DNA from: Octopus sinensis
Taxonomy: Eukaryota
Length of the DNA: 64,000 bases
Direction: 5' to 3'
Assembly (NCBI RefSeq): GCF_006345805.1
Contig: NC_043015.1
Coordinates: 44,392,001-44,456,000, forward strand
The translations under genes and the position numbers were made by a program. The stretch's first letter is position 1; each line of letters opens with the position of its first letter. Positions 1 to 13,482 of this stretch are shown here, one piece after another. A model generated the notes under the pieces. That model saw nothing but the letters and a program-made list of their open reading frames with translations. It ran no database searches and had not been told where the DNA came from.

Positions 1-1131
1 CTGCACGAAATATTCTGACCTTTATTCTTCTTTTATCTTCAGTTTCATTTTTATTAAATTCTCTGAATATCAAACTGCTTCTACTCATCAACAAGAACAA
101 AATATGTAATAATTTGCTTTGATTTGCAAACATTTACGGTCATTGACGTTACCTGAGTAGCATCATACATTATAGTTGAACCTTATACGTTTTTTCGACC
201 ATTAAGATATAGAAAATATAGTTTTGGTCGGATATTGAATGCGCATTGCGAAAATTTTATTAATAATTTGTCTCGGATGATATTTTAACGCATCTTCATT
301 CTGAATTTCACTCAGCAGATATAGGTATTAATAGGTGGTACATTCTAGATAACGCAGCATTTTGACAGAAAGGAAATTAAAATTGTCACATAAGCGAGTT
401 GGAAATACCTCCCGTATTGACTAACAATTTAGTTGTCCTCCGTAACAAATATCTCATATTTCGAATAAAGGAAATATTCCATTGTTTTATTCCACACAGA
501 ATTAACTGTGTTAAGTAGTAAGAAGCTTGTTACGTAAACATAGCGGTGCGTACCATTTTGGCGAGAGGAATGAAATTAGCAGTAGACATTTCAAGTCTAA
601 ATCGTATTGTGCAATCTTCCTAACTTTATATGTTGTAAAAGTTGTTTGGATATGACAACAATCAAATAATCCCCGTATTAGCTTGATATATATGAAATGC
701 TAAATCCTCTTCAGAATGCTATGATATAATTTAGTGTTTATGATCAACAATTTTGATCTCCGCTCAAAGAAAATGATCTAGTTATTCAGAACACTCATGA
801 TAAATGTGTATCAAAATATCCCTAACCATTTATTTACGCATCGTAAATATATTTAGGCATCATAAATATACGACGCACAAAAATTGTAACTGAGCGTTGC
901 TGAAACTACATGACTTATCAAGTAACCAACTAGGATCATAGAATCATGAAGATGTACATCCCATTGGGTTTTGAATGATTTTTAATGTTGTGGTTTATAT
1001 ATTCACCTCATGAAAATGATTTTTTTCTAATGGTCTCCGTTAATCAATTAAAAATTCCTTGGAAACAACTGTAGTGAATTGACACATTATCCATCTGTTG
1101 TTATTTATTTATTTATTCAATATTCACCTCT

Positions 1132-1414
1132 CACGGAACCTCCTCCTTATTGTTTGTTCCTGCTCGAACCATGCCTGACTCATAAGGGACGGTTTCCCGT
1201 TTCTTGGCGTATAGGTTCCCCACCTGGGCGGGACACCGGTCCATCGCAGGTGAGCTACAAAATGCAGGAGGAAAGATTGAGAGAAAGTTGTGGCGAAAGA
1301 GTCAACAGAAGTTTCGCCATTACCTTCTGCCGGAGCCGCGTGGAGCTCAGGTGTTTCGCTCATAAACACACACATCGTCCGGTCTGAGATTCGAACCCGC
1401 GATCCCTCGATCCC
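1132..1414 (-). mobile_element. tRNA-derived SINE, family C (tail variant C2), 5' head truncated
   Basis: Minus strand has a B-box-like GGGTTCGAATCTC and the family C central domain; tail matches 6669-6937. Confidence 0.8.
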
Positions 1415-1771
1415 TTGATGAAATATATAGCTGTCATTATCAGTTCGAATCTAGTCGTTTTCCGAATACAAGTCACCGATACAACTAATTAGAACGTTCT
1501 GCAAAATAATCAAAGCAGTTATCGTATTTAAAATTTTAGGGAGTTTTTGACACAATAGTAATAAATGTGTGTATAAATATTATAAGCAACCAATACATTG
1601 GTGTTTATAAAGTACTAAAATTCCTGCCAATACAAAAGATTCCTGCATACAAAAACCCTTGTCATAGCCTTTTTATACATTAGCTACTAATAGATACATA
1701 TATCCAGGCATGCGCATACAAACACACTCTCTCTTTCCATCTCTCTATCCCTCTTCCTCTTTCACTCTCAC

Positions 1772-1842
1772 TCAATCTCTATCTCTTTCTCTCTTTCTCT
1801 CTCTCTCCCTATATATATATATATGTGTATGTATATAAATAT

Positions 1843-1896
<54 letters not shown>

Positions 1897-1975
1897 ACAA
1901 TACATATACATGCTTATTATATATATATATGGTTGTGTGTGTGTGTATGTAAATGTATGTATATCTGTATGTATA
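1772..1975. repeat. Compound (TC)n/(TA)n/(GT)n microsatellite
   Basis: Read directly from sequence. Confidence 0.95.
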
Positions 1976-2199
1976 AAATAAACATACATCTGTTATTTAT
2001 ATGTATATTAGATATAATTCCCAGTTGTAAACAGCTGCTTCTTATAACAGACCCATCACGAATGAATTGAAAATGGGAAAAATGATTAAAGAATTAATAA
2101 TATATATATTAAGCCGGAAGAAAAAAAAAACAATGGTTATAAAAGAACCAAACGGAAGAATGACAATTACCAGTGACCTACCTTTCCATCTGTAAACAC

Positions 2200-2356
2200 G
2201 TGGCTGTGTGGTAAGTAGCTTGCTAACCAACCACATGGTTCCGGGTTCAGTCCCACTGCGTGGCATCTTGGGCAAGTGTCTTCTGCTATAGCCGACGGGC
2301 TGACCAATGCCTTGTGAGTGGATTTGGTAGACGGAAACTGAAAGACGCCTGTCGTA

Positions 2357-2411
<55 letters not shown>

Positions 2412-2627
2412 GTTTGTGTATCTGTGTTTGTCCCTCTAGCATTGCTTGACAACCGATGCTGGTGTGTTTACGTCCCCGTCACTTAGCGGTTCGGCAAAAG
2501 CGACCGATAGAATAAGTACTGGGCTTACAAAAAAAGAATAAGTCTCGGGGTCGATATGTTCGACTAAAGGCGGTGCTCCAGCATGGCCGCAGTCAAATGA
2601 CTGAAACCAGTAAAAGAGTAAAAAGAG
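2200..2627 (+). mobile_element. tRNA-derived SINE, family B (CORE-like central domain), near full length
   Basis: Head GTGGCTGTGTGGTAAG, B-box GGTTCAGTCCC, CCTTGGGCAAG-type CORE-like segment, internal (TA)/(GT) tract, (TAAAAGAG)n tail; more than 12 copies in the window. Confidence 0.9.
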
Positions 2628-2825
2628 AGAGCGAGAGAGAGAGAGTATATGCTTATAGGTGTGTCCCCCCGAGTATGTATACATACATTCTTACATACAT
2701 ATGCATACACTCATTCACACATACATACAAACACAAACACATATATATATAATATATATGTATGAATGTGTGTGTGTGTGTGTGCGTTTATGTGTGTGTT
2801 TGTGCGCGTGTGTATGTATGTTTGT

Positions 2826-3212
2826 TGGCTGTGAGGTAAGAAGCTTGCTTCCCAACCACATGGTTCCGGGTTCAGTCCCACTGCGTGGCACCTTGGGCAA
2901 GTTTCTTCTACTGTAACCGCGTGCCGACCAAAGCTGACTGAATTGATCTGGTGGAGGGAAATTGAAAGAAGCCCCTCGTATATATATGTTTGTGTGTCTT
3001 TGCTGTGTCTGTGTTTGTCTCCCCACCAAGCATCACTTGACAACCGATGTTGGTAGGTTTGTGTCTCCGTAAATTAGCGGTTAGGCAAAGGCGACTGATA
3101 GAATAAGTGCCAGGCTTACGAAGAATATATCCTTGAGTCGATTTGTTCCAATAAAGGCGGTGGTCCAGAATGGCCAGTGTTAAAACGACTGAAAGAAATA
3201 AAAAGATAAAAG
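2826..3212 (+). mobile_element. SINE family B
   Basis: Colinear with 2200-2627. Confidence 0.85.
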
Positions 3213-3261
3213 AATGTAATTATATGTTTATATGTATATGTATTTCTGTATGTTTGTTTAT

Positions 3262-3560
<299 letters not shown>

Positions 3561-3734
3561 TAGAGATATAAATTGATAGATAGGTGGATCGATATAGATT
3601 TATAGAAAGTGCACTCCAAAATTTTGAAACTGTTCAGGATAGACACTATTTGATAGCAGAGAAGTAAAAAAAAAATCTTTTAATATCCCTCATGCTAGGC
3701 TTCTCTAATCCTTGTCACAACCTGTTTCGAGTTA

Positions 3735-3990
3735 AGGGCTTTCAAAAGGAACTGTTCGAATCGATTAAGAATTTGATGTTTATACGAAATGTCGGATGAG
3801 AGTTCAAAATTTAAAAAAAAAATAGGCAGATAATTAGGTAGATAAAAATTCAGGGGTAAATAGGCAGATAAGTGGGTTCCTATTTATCTAAACTTTTTGC
3901 CCCTGAATTTTAAAATTTTGATATCGCATCCGACATTTTGTATTAACATCAAATCCTTAATCGATTCGAACAGTTCCACTTGGAAGCCCT
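3735..3990. mobile_element. MITE-like element with ~80-bp imperfect TIRs and TA flanks
   Basis: AGGGCTTTCAAAAGGAACTGTTCGAATCGATTAAG... is the inverse of ...CTTAATCGATTCGAACAGTTCCACTTGGAAGCCCT; TA at 3733-3734 and 3991-3992. Confidence 0.75.
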
Positions 3991-4306
3991 TACCCTGAAT
4001 TTTTATCTCTTTATTTCCTCCATTCGGTAGCTGAACCCAAAGTACATGATGCATAGTTTTCACATATGAGTTTTACATGTAATTTTGTTCACTGGTTTAT
4101 AAATATATATATTTATATATATATTTCGTCGTGTGTTTTAAATTATGCTTTGGAATTTGTATTGATTGCCCGGATGTGTTCCTTCTATAATTTCCCTTAT
4201 CCTTCGAATCGTCGCAATGAACACTTCTTAATACAGTCCATATATTGCGAAGTATATATGTTTTTAAAACATATTTTATAAGAAAATTAACTTTGTATAT
4301 ACATAT

Positions 4307-4590
4307 GTCACCGTGATCACTGTGACCGACCAGGCCATCAGATGTTATTACACATCGCTGGTCACAATGCGCTTCGCATTGTTTTAGCCTTCGAATGACG
4401 CCACCCCGCTGGCTAAGCGAGCAGGCCAACAGAAGAAAGAGTGAGAGAAATTTGTCGCGAAAGAGTACAGCAGGGACCCCCCCTGCCGGAGCCTCGTGGA
4501 GCTTTAGGTGTTTTCGCTCAATAAACACTCACAACGCCCGGTCTGAGAATCGAAACCGCGATCCTACGACCGCTAGGCCATTGCGCCTCC
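4307..4590 (-). mobile_element. SINE family C (tail variant C1)
   Basis: Head GGAGGCGCAATGGCC on minus strand, B-box GGTTTCGATTC; matches 20199-20489. Confidence 0.85.
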
Positions 4591-5196
4591 ATATACATAT
4601 GTATATATGTATATATGCATTGATTTATGATAGCATATTGTGTACCGCTGGGTATATGTGTAAATATGGCACGTATTTAATATTATGTCACCCCGTAAAA
4701 TAAGTAAGCTATTATCTTCCAAGAAAGAGAATATTCCCTTATGTCACGGTGAAATCATATACAATCAATCTACTTTTTTATGAAAAGTTATCGTTTACGA
4801 AAACAGAATTTTCCTTTAATAAAATATCATTTTTTCTCGTTACATATGAAGCAAAATGGGACAGGATAGCATAACTTCAGTTACAGGCAACATGTTTATG
4901 ATATCCTTATCATGAAAAGAAAAATATTTATATGATATGAGATAACATTAGAAAAAAATCTCACAGTAAAGGATATTCCCGATCTACTGAGCTAGCAAGG
5001 CAGATGAGGATTATTATTGCCTACTTGAGCTGACTTATTTCTCTGTATATAAATAAAATAATGATAATTCTATAAAACCAAATCTAGTTTTTTGTAAAAT
5101 TTTATTTCTTCTGAAAATTCTAAAGAGCTAAATCACGTTTTCTATCCAAAGAGTTTGTAACCCAATGTTTATACGTTCTTATTTTAAAGCTTTAAA

Positions 5197-5612
5197 GGCG
5201 GCGAGCTGGCAGAACCGTTAGCACGCCGGGCGAAATGCGTAAGCCGTATTTCGTCTGCCGTTACGTTCTGAGTTCAAATTCCGCCGAGGTCGACTTTGCC
5301 TTTCATCCTTTCGGGGTCGATAAATTAAGTACCAGTTACGCACTTGGGTCGATATAATCGACTTAATCCGTTTGCCTGTCCTTGTTTGTCCCCTCTATGT
5401 TTAGCCCCTTGTGGGTAGTAAAGAAATAGGTATTTCGTCAGTCTTTACGTTCTGAGTTCAAATTCCACCGAGGTCGACTTTGCATTTCATCCTTTCGGGG
5501 TCGATAAATTAAGTACCAGTTACGCACTGGGGTCGATATAATCGACTTAATCCGTTTGTCTGTCCTTGTTTGTCCCCTCTATGTTTAGCCCCTTGTGGGT
5601 AGTAAAGAAATA
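5197..5612 (+). mobile_element. tRNA-derived SINE family A, body-duplicated (dimeric) copy with TSD
   Basis: Head GGCGGCGAGCTGGCAGAA, B-box GAGTTCAAATTCC, GCCTTTCATCCTTTCGGGGTCGAT segment (Meta-domain-like from recall); TSD CTTATTTTAAAG(C/A)TTTA at 5178-5194 and 5613-5629. Confidence 0.9.
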
Positions 5613-6326
5613 CTTATTTTAAAGATTTATATATACCGAGTGCCACCGTTAAAAGTATTAGAATAAAAAATATCTCAGATACCAGCTGAAAAATTTTAGA
5701 ACACACTTCTTCCATGCTTTAAACAGGTTTAACTACTTAGATAACGATCTCCACATCACCGCCTCTCGTTCATTGATGCAATTTTCCAGTTTCAAAGTGA
5801 CCTAAATTAAAAACTTATATCAGAATTCCATGTTAATTTACCCCGAACTGCAAGTTAATAACGATTACGCCATGTTACTGAATTACTCATTATTTTCAGA
5901 ATTAATTTAAGCAAAATCAATACCTTCCATTCGAAATATGTTGATAAAATAGTTAAACGCAACGTTTAATGGTGCCGGGAAAGAGTTTCAGGTGTCAAAT
6001 TAATGCACATTCATCATTAAAATAGATTTAATCGATATTACATGGATCCTATGTATGTAACGTCTTGCAGAGATCTGAAACACCCTACTTATTTATAACA
6101 TTCTTATACAACATTTATTTTTAAAAAATCACATGTGGTTGTTCACTGATACTACGGGGGCGATTTTTAAAATGATGTTTAACGTCCAAACATTGCTGAC
6201 TTGTGTAGTGATATCAAAGAGCAGGCATCAAACCCCGTCTCTGTATTCTGCTGCTTTCCATTACTAAGAAAAGACTATGATGGGAAAGATTTAAAGAACC
6301 GAGGACAAAGATGTTTGTCACAAATG

Positions 6327-6382
<56 letters not shown>

Positions 6383-6597
6383 CAAATGAAAGACAGAAGA
6401 TTATTAATCATGAAAATTGTTTCGGTACATCTAGCATTGATTCCTCATGGGTGGGACACTCAACAACTGGTTCAGGAGCATCTGGTGGTGCAGATGTTTC
6501 TCCTCGGGTGATAAACAAATATAACTCATTAAAATGACCATTTTCCGCTTTCCGTTTTGCATGTATATATGTAGGTATATATATATATCTATATATT

Positions 6598-6646
<49 letters not shown>

Positions 6647-6668
6647 TATAATATATATATATTTATGT

Positions 6669-6937
6669 AACATGGTGTCCTTCTCAACACAAGTCAGGCT
6701 CATAGGCCCGGTTTCCCGGCTTCCTTGGTGTATAGATTTCCCACCAGGACGAGATGCCGGTCCGTCGCAGGTGAGCTGCAAGATGCAAGAGGCAAGAGTG
6801 AGAGAAGGTTGTGGCGAAAGAGTCAGCAGAAGTTCGCCATTACCTTCTGCCGGAACCGCGTGCATCTTACGTGTTTCGCACATAAACACGCACATTACCA
6901 AGTCTGAGATTCGCACCTGCGATACCTCGACCCTGGG
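6669..6937 (-). mobile_element. SINE family C (tail variant C2)
   Basis: Colinear with 1132-1414. Confidence 0.8.
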
Positions 6938-7439
6938 TTATTTTCCTCATATACATATATATATATATATATACACAGAGAATATATTATTTATATACAG
7001 AATATAATCCTATGCCACTCGCTATTTTTGCACTTCACATTTGTTGTGCCGTCATGTTACGTGCTATAAGCACGGATATTTGTCTATATAGGTGGATATA
7101 CCGAGACAGAAACCCTCGCTTGTGCGTACACATGCTGGAACACGTACACATGTATATGTAAACACACACAGACACACAGACACACACATACATATATATA
7201 TGTATCTAAATATGAGTCTGTGTGCACTCGCACGCATATGTGTAGGTGTTCTGTTAGAATATGTACATTTGTACATTCGCCATGACCTTTTTTTTTGTCA
7301 AAATTGATCAATTAAAGAATATTGATATTACCTTTATCATTATCAAGGTATTACCTGCTACTTTAGCAGTGATGTTATCTTCAGGTTTGGCGTCATGAAG
7401 TCTCGTCAAATGTAAAGTATCTTTCTAAGAATTCTTACT

Positions 7440-7935
7440 TATCACATGACGGCACTTTAATGTCTCTCTAAAAAAACCTGTTTCGATTCCAATATCCTTC
7501 AACTTTTTAGGTGCTATTGTGATGATGTGCCATGTGGAACAAATTACTAGAGGAACAGTTATCACTTTGGGTTTCCATAATCTCTTCATCTCTCTGATCA
7601 GGTCTTGTTATTTCTCAATTTTTTTTCAATTTTTTGGGCTATCCACTCAATTATCATACAATATTGCAGAGACCTTCATTTGATGCTTTTTGTTCTCTAA
7701 CTCGCATTTCGTCTCCATGCTTCTAAAATATAGCTAGTCTTTGTTGAGAAATCCCACAAAATCCAGCAATTAACATTCTTCAGCGCAACCTCTGGTTCCT
7801 CTTCATATCATCATTCTTTGTCACTTTGAATTCACGCATTCGGTTATCATCCCCCAGTTCTCTCTTTTATTGTTACAATCATTCCAGCGCTGATACCATT
7901 TTTATGAGCTAGCCTACAACATCCACTTAAGAGAC
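7440..7935 (-). mobile_element. Degenerate R4/Dong-type (RLE) non-LTR retrotransposon, C-terminal ORF fragment
   Basis: Minus-strand translation with frameshifts: SGCCRLAHK..WYQRWND, ILWDFSTKT (7749-7763), EKIEK*QDLIREMKRLWKPKVITVPLVI, KKLKDIGIET; fits the recalled R4-clade pattern ILWDF...EKIEKYQDLxREIxRLW. Confidence 0.7.
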
Positions 7936-8509
7936 GGTTAATATTTTCGTTTCACTTTTGATAATGTCAAAGAGATTTGCTCTCTTTGTATTTATCAAGT
8001 TCGTTATAAGTGCTTGTTGCTAAGCGGTTGCAATTATCGACTCAGTCACTCGTTGCAGGCTTTCATATGTCAGTCATAATCAGCATTCTTTACTTCCAAC
8101 GCGGTGGGTTTTATTGGATGAATTGGCTACATAATCCCGTATCGTTGCAGCTATCTGCTCCGACACATGTCCTTTCCCTCATGAATTTTCCTACTTTTTC
8201 AGTGACGAATTGGGTAGATTTCACCGCAAACTGCATTTATTTTACACTACGCACAATATAGTTTCTCAAAACCTTGACAGTCAATGTCACTGTACAGTTG
8301 GTGCATTCTGTGGTTTAACGCACACCTGAACCCTTCATTTGCTTGGCAATAAGTATATCCTGTCGATATTACTTGCAGGTGGAATACGTGGCACATTGTG
8401 AGCAACATCTATATTGTGTATCTAATTATGAAGAGTCTGGCTTTGTGTATTTGAGAATCCCTACGGCGTCGGACAAATATAAAGTACTAAGTACGATGGA
8501 ATCGATTAA

Positions 8510-8926
8510 GGCGGCGAGCTGGCAGAAACGTTAGCACGCTGGGCGAAATGCTTAGCGGTATTTCGTCTGCCGTCATTTTCTGAGTTCAAATTCCGCCGAG
8601 GTCGATTTTGCCTTTCATCCTTCCGGGGGTCGATAATTTAAGTACCAGTTACGCACTGGGGTCGATATAATCGACTTAATCCGTTTGTCTGTCCTTGTTT
8701 GTCCTCTCTGTGTTTAGCCCCTTGTAGGTAGTAAGGAAATAGGTATTTCGTCTGCCGTTATGTTCTGAGTTCAAATTCTGCCAAGGTCGATTTTGCCTTT
8801 CATCCTTCCGGGGATCGATAAATTAAGTACCAGTTACGCACTGGGGTCGATATAATCGACTTAATCCGTCTGCCTGTCCTTGTTTGTCTCCTGTATGTTT
8901 AGCTCCTTGTGGGTAGTAAAGAAATA
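8510..8926 (+). mobile_element. SINE family A, dimeric copy with TSD
   Basis: Same layout as 5197-5612; TSD GGAATCGA(T/C)TAA at 8498-8509 and 8927-8938. Confidence 0.9.
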
Positions 8927-9386
8927 GGAATCGACTAACCCCTTCTAACCTAAGGGCGCATACATAAATAAAATCAGTTAACGTATTCGTATAAGTGCAA
9001 TTCTGTGATATATTTACGCGTATTTACGTGTCAGATACATGCAATTTTCTTTTTTTGCTTTTTTTTACGTTTATGGAAAAAATGGAAAAATAAGAGTGTA
9101 TATTTATTTTATGAGTGCTGTGTATTAAGTCTATAAAATTATGCATAAAGTATATAAAGTGTATATATAAAGTGCATTAAGTAATCATCGTATTCCAATT
9201 TCTTTTCCTTTTCGATGAGTAGCAGATGAGACCCTATTTTCCATATAGACTACGCTTTCAACTTTTTTTGAATAAAGTTTTTTCAGAAATAACCTAATAG
9301 GTTTACCATTAATTCCGAGAAATCTTTAGAGGTCCGCTAATAATAATAATAATAACAATAATAATAATAATAATAATAATAATAAG

Positions 9387-9785
9387 CCCTGATGTAGTAC
9401 CAGGCAATGGCTCTCATGGCTTCTGATCTTAACTGAATGGAAGTGTTATCATGTACATTGTTTTGTCTTGGTATAAAAGATGGGCTACAGCAAATATTCT
9501 GCTCAATACCACAGATTTGCTTGTCAGTTGTTTGACCTTAACCAGTTGAGCATGTCCCTTAGTGGCTGACGATATGTGCATCTCTGATCACGAGCATAAG
9601 TTTTGGGGGAGCATCATAGCCATGTGTTGAGAGGGATTCTTTGGGTTTTGAATAATTCACCTCTGGAAATATGGGTGGTTCTTCAACATCCTTAAACAAC
9701 CCTTATTCAGGGACCGTTTGAGCGGGATGGGCTACTCAACCTGAAGAAAATTCTAACTGGGCCCCACCTGCAAGGTCATGTGCTG
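9387..9785. repeat. Unclassified interspersed repeat next to (TAA)n, cut off by the gap
   Basis: 9464-9785 is the reverse complement of ~11692-12013. Confidence 0.8.
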
Positions 9786-9885
9786 NNNNNNNNNNNNNNN
9801 NNNNNNNNNNNNNNNNNNNNNNNNNNNNNNNNNNNNNNNNNNNNNNNNNNNNNNNNNNNNNNNNNNNNNNNNNNNNNNNNNNNNN
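9786..9885. other. Assembly gap (100 N)
   Basis: Run of exactly 100 N, usually a gap of unknown size. Confidence 1.
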
Positions 9886-10470
9886 ATACTATAAACCACC
9901 ATTAACAATGTGACAAAATAAAACCAAACAAAAAAAAAAACAAGAAAATAACGAGAACCGTTACAAAAAAAAATCAGTACAATAGAATACAATCCGAGTA
10001 AGATTCATTGCAACGAAAAAATACTTAGTGATTTGACAACTGCATGTAATAAGGGGGAACACATATTTTGCAAGTATATCAAAATTGCCGTACTAATACA
10101 ACAGATGGCGTGTGTTTCGGAGAAAGAGACTGAGAAGTAATACGTGTAAAATACATAATTAATTGTCTCGAAATACGGCAAAGGAGTAGGAAATGGAAGG
10201 ACGAAATATAAACTAGAAATTTTCGTCTAAAGAAATACAGAGAAGAAACGAAAAAAATCGACTCTTACATTAGTATTTAGAATATATTGGAACGAAATAC
10301 CACGTAACTATAAGACAATATATCAAGAAAAGCAATAACGACTGCCCTGTTTTACCACACGCCTGCTGATAAATTATTGAATAGATATCTGTGAAAATGA
10401 AAATGGTTTGCAAATAAGTTACTGGTTATTCCATATTCGTAGGGACACAGACAATTATTCACTCGCCACA

Positions 10471-10503
<33 letters not shown>

Positions 10504-10559
10504 ATGCGTATATATATATATAATATACGCGAAATTACACAAAGACACATATCTATATA

Positions 10560-10908
10560 GGCGCAGTAGTGGCTGTGTGGTAAGTACCTTGCTCACCAAC
10601 GCCATGTTTCCGGGTTGAGTCCCACTGCGTGGCACCTTGTCTTCTGTTATAGCCGACCAAAGCCTTGTAAGACGGAAACTGAAAGAAGCCCGTCGTATAT
10701 GAATATATATATATATGCATATGCTTGTGTGACAACAAATGCTGGTGTTTTTTCGTCTCGTCAACTTATATGTTCGGCAAAAACATACCGATAGAATAAG
10801 TACTAGCTTTACAAAGAATTAGTCCTGGAGTCGATTTCTTCGACTAAAGATGGTGCTCCAGCATGGCCGCGGTGAATTGACTGAAACAAGTAAAAGAATA
10901 AAAAGAAT
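10560..10908 (+). mobile_element. SINE family B with internal deletions
   Basis: Head GGCGCAGTAGTGGCTGTGTGG through the TAAAAGAA tail. Confidence 0.85.
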
Positions 10909-11020
10909 ATATACATACAATGGCATGGTTAAGTTGATGCCATTTTATATTTTTTTATTTCACGCATGCGCATTATTTGTTTTTGATATATATATATATG
11001 ATTATATATATATATATACA

Positions 11021-11186
11021 CTTATTTAAAAGCAGAAGAAATGTAACAAAAGCTGTTACTCGGAGTTTCACGTTCCCGTTCGACGAGCAGAATTGTTGCT
11101 GCTTTTAAATAAAGCATATTACTCTACATCTGGCATTTGAGTACACTTTTTCCACCTTGTGTTCACATTTATGTGCTTACTCTGGT
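11021..11186. mobile_element. Penelope-type terminal-repeat remnant, two halves in inverted orientation, with a degenerate hammerhead
   Basis: 11021-11090 is colinear with 31680-31750; 11096-11186 is the reverse complement of 31607-31697; embedded in (TA)n. Confidence 0.6.
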
Positions 11187-11446
11187 ATATATATATATAT
11201 ATATATATATATGATATATATATATTATATATATATATATATATATTATATAATATATAGATGCATATATATCTATTTACGCACACACATGGTATCTAAC
11301 ACTAATACTACTACCACTACTTATTGAATAGCACAAAAAAAAAAAAACCTTCTGTTGCAGTCTATAGTTATTTTGTCACTCGCCTTTTAACGTTTACTTA
11401 TGGATATTTAATAATAATAATAATAAAATAAAAAAATAATATAATA

Positions 11447-11488
<42 letters not shown>

Positions 11489-11526
11489 GAAGAAGAAGAA
11501 GAAGAAGAAGAAGAATAATAATAATT

Positions 11527-12015
11527 ATTATTATTATTGAGTGAGAGAGCAGTGCATACCATCAAAGTTACAGTGGGGTAAAATTTACGAAGCCCAGTAT
11601 ACCCATCATGACTACCAGTCTGATGAGGGCACACCAGGCACATGCATCACAACCATATGTGCACGACATGGTGATCTAATGTCAAGATAAGCAGCACATG
11701 ACCTTGCAGGTGGAGCCCAGTTAGAATTTTCTTCAGGTCGAGTAACCCATCCTGCTCAAAAGGTCCCTGAATAAGGGTTGTTTAAGGATGTTGAACGAAA
11801 CACCCATGTTTCCAGAGGTGAATTATTCAAACCCCAAAGAATCCCTCTCAACACATGGCTATGATGCTCCCCCACTACTTCTGCTCATGATCAGAGATGC
11901 ACCTATCGTCAGCCACTAAGGGACATGCTCAACTGGTTAAGGTCAAACAACTGACAAGCAAATCTGTGGTATTGAGCAGAATATTTGCTGTAGCCCATCT
12001 TTTATACCAAGACAG
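11527..12015. repeat. Unclassified interspersed repeat flanked by (TAA)/(GAA) and (TTA) triplets
   Basis: Inverted homolog of 9387-9785. Confidence 0.8.
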
Positions 12016-12088
12016 GGGGGCTATATTATTATTATTACTATTATCATTATTATTATTTGTATTATTATTATTATTATCATTATAATTA

Positions 12089-12140
<52 letters not shown>

Positions 12141-12566
12141 GGGCTTCTCCATCGCCAGACTGTTCACTACAAGTCCAATTTCCCCGTAAAGACTGCCTGA
12201 GGAATGATTTTACCGTTACGAAGCCTTTAGACCAAAACAAGAACAACGACACTAATAACGAAATCAGTCAGGGAATAATTAGTAAAAGATATACATTATG
12301 GCCGTTTCTTCTAACTTGTGTATATCTAGAAAACTACTGCATATTTCCCTTGAGCAATACTCAGTTTGTAATTGCTATCATTTCAATACGTTTTACATAG
12401 ACATAGGACGTACGTAACAACGTACCTATATATTTACCTACCTACATGTCTGCCTGCCTGCCTGCCTTTATACCTACCTACCTACCTACCTACCTACGAA
12501 TTTATATGCAAAATGGCTGGATCTTCTTTATCGAGAAGATAATGACGCTGGTACGTCAAGCTATGT

Positions 12567-12981
12567 CTCTTTTTCTTGTTTCAGTCATTTGACTGAGGCC
12601 ATGCTGGAGCACCGCCTGTAGTCGAGCAAATAAATCGACCCCCAGGACTTATTCTTTGTAAGCCTGGTGCTTATTCTGTCGGTCTCTTTTCTCGAACCGC
12701 TAAGTTACGGGGACGTAAACACACCAGCATCTTTTGTCAAGCGATGTTGGGGGGTCAAACACAGACACACAAACACATAGACACTCACACACACACACAT
12801 ATATGTACACATATATACGACGGACTTCTTTTCAGTTTCCGTCTACCAAATCCACTCACAAGGCTTTGGTCGGCCCGAGGCTATAGTAGAAGACACTTGC
12901 CCAAAGTACCACGAAGTGGGACTTAACCCGGAACGATGTGATTCATAAGCAAGGTACTTACCACACAGCCACTCCTACGCC
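12567..12981 (-). mobile_element. SINE family B
   Basis: Reverse complement of the family B sequence. Confidence 0.9.
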
Positions 12982-13482
12982 GAGTTTATCGAGAGAAATT
13001 AGCAAATAGAAATTTTCTTCGTATGCGAAATGTATGGTAAGACGAGATTAAACAACAGACAAGTAGCAAAAATAGCAGGAATGAAGATATTGTTGCATGC
13101 ATTCTTATTTTTTTATCCCGTTCTCGTTCACGCAAACGAGAAAAAGACTCTTCTCAGTGGGTTAGCGTGTTCTCGTTATAGAGATTATGTATAAACACAG
13201 AAAGACATACGCGCACACACGCAATCGCGTACACAGACAAACTCACGCATACAAATAATCACTTACATAGGAATACGATATTTAATAAAAAACGTTCTCC
13301 TCTTTTATTCCACTCCTTCAAATGATCGCGCTAAACTTTCACTTATTGCCGTCTGTCAGTCTAATCAATCGCACATTTTGGAAATACTGAAAAAGATATA
13401 TATTGCTTGTTCTTTTCTTGACCATCATCATGCAGCTGTATTTTCGAGTCAGCGTTGATGTTGATATTTTTTTGAACTACTA

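Noticed and set aside
11615-11660. CTGATGAG as a hammerhead core
   Set aside because: No stem II followed by GAAA downstream.
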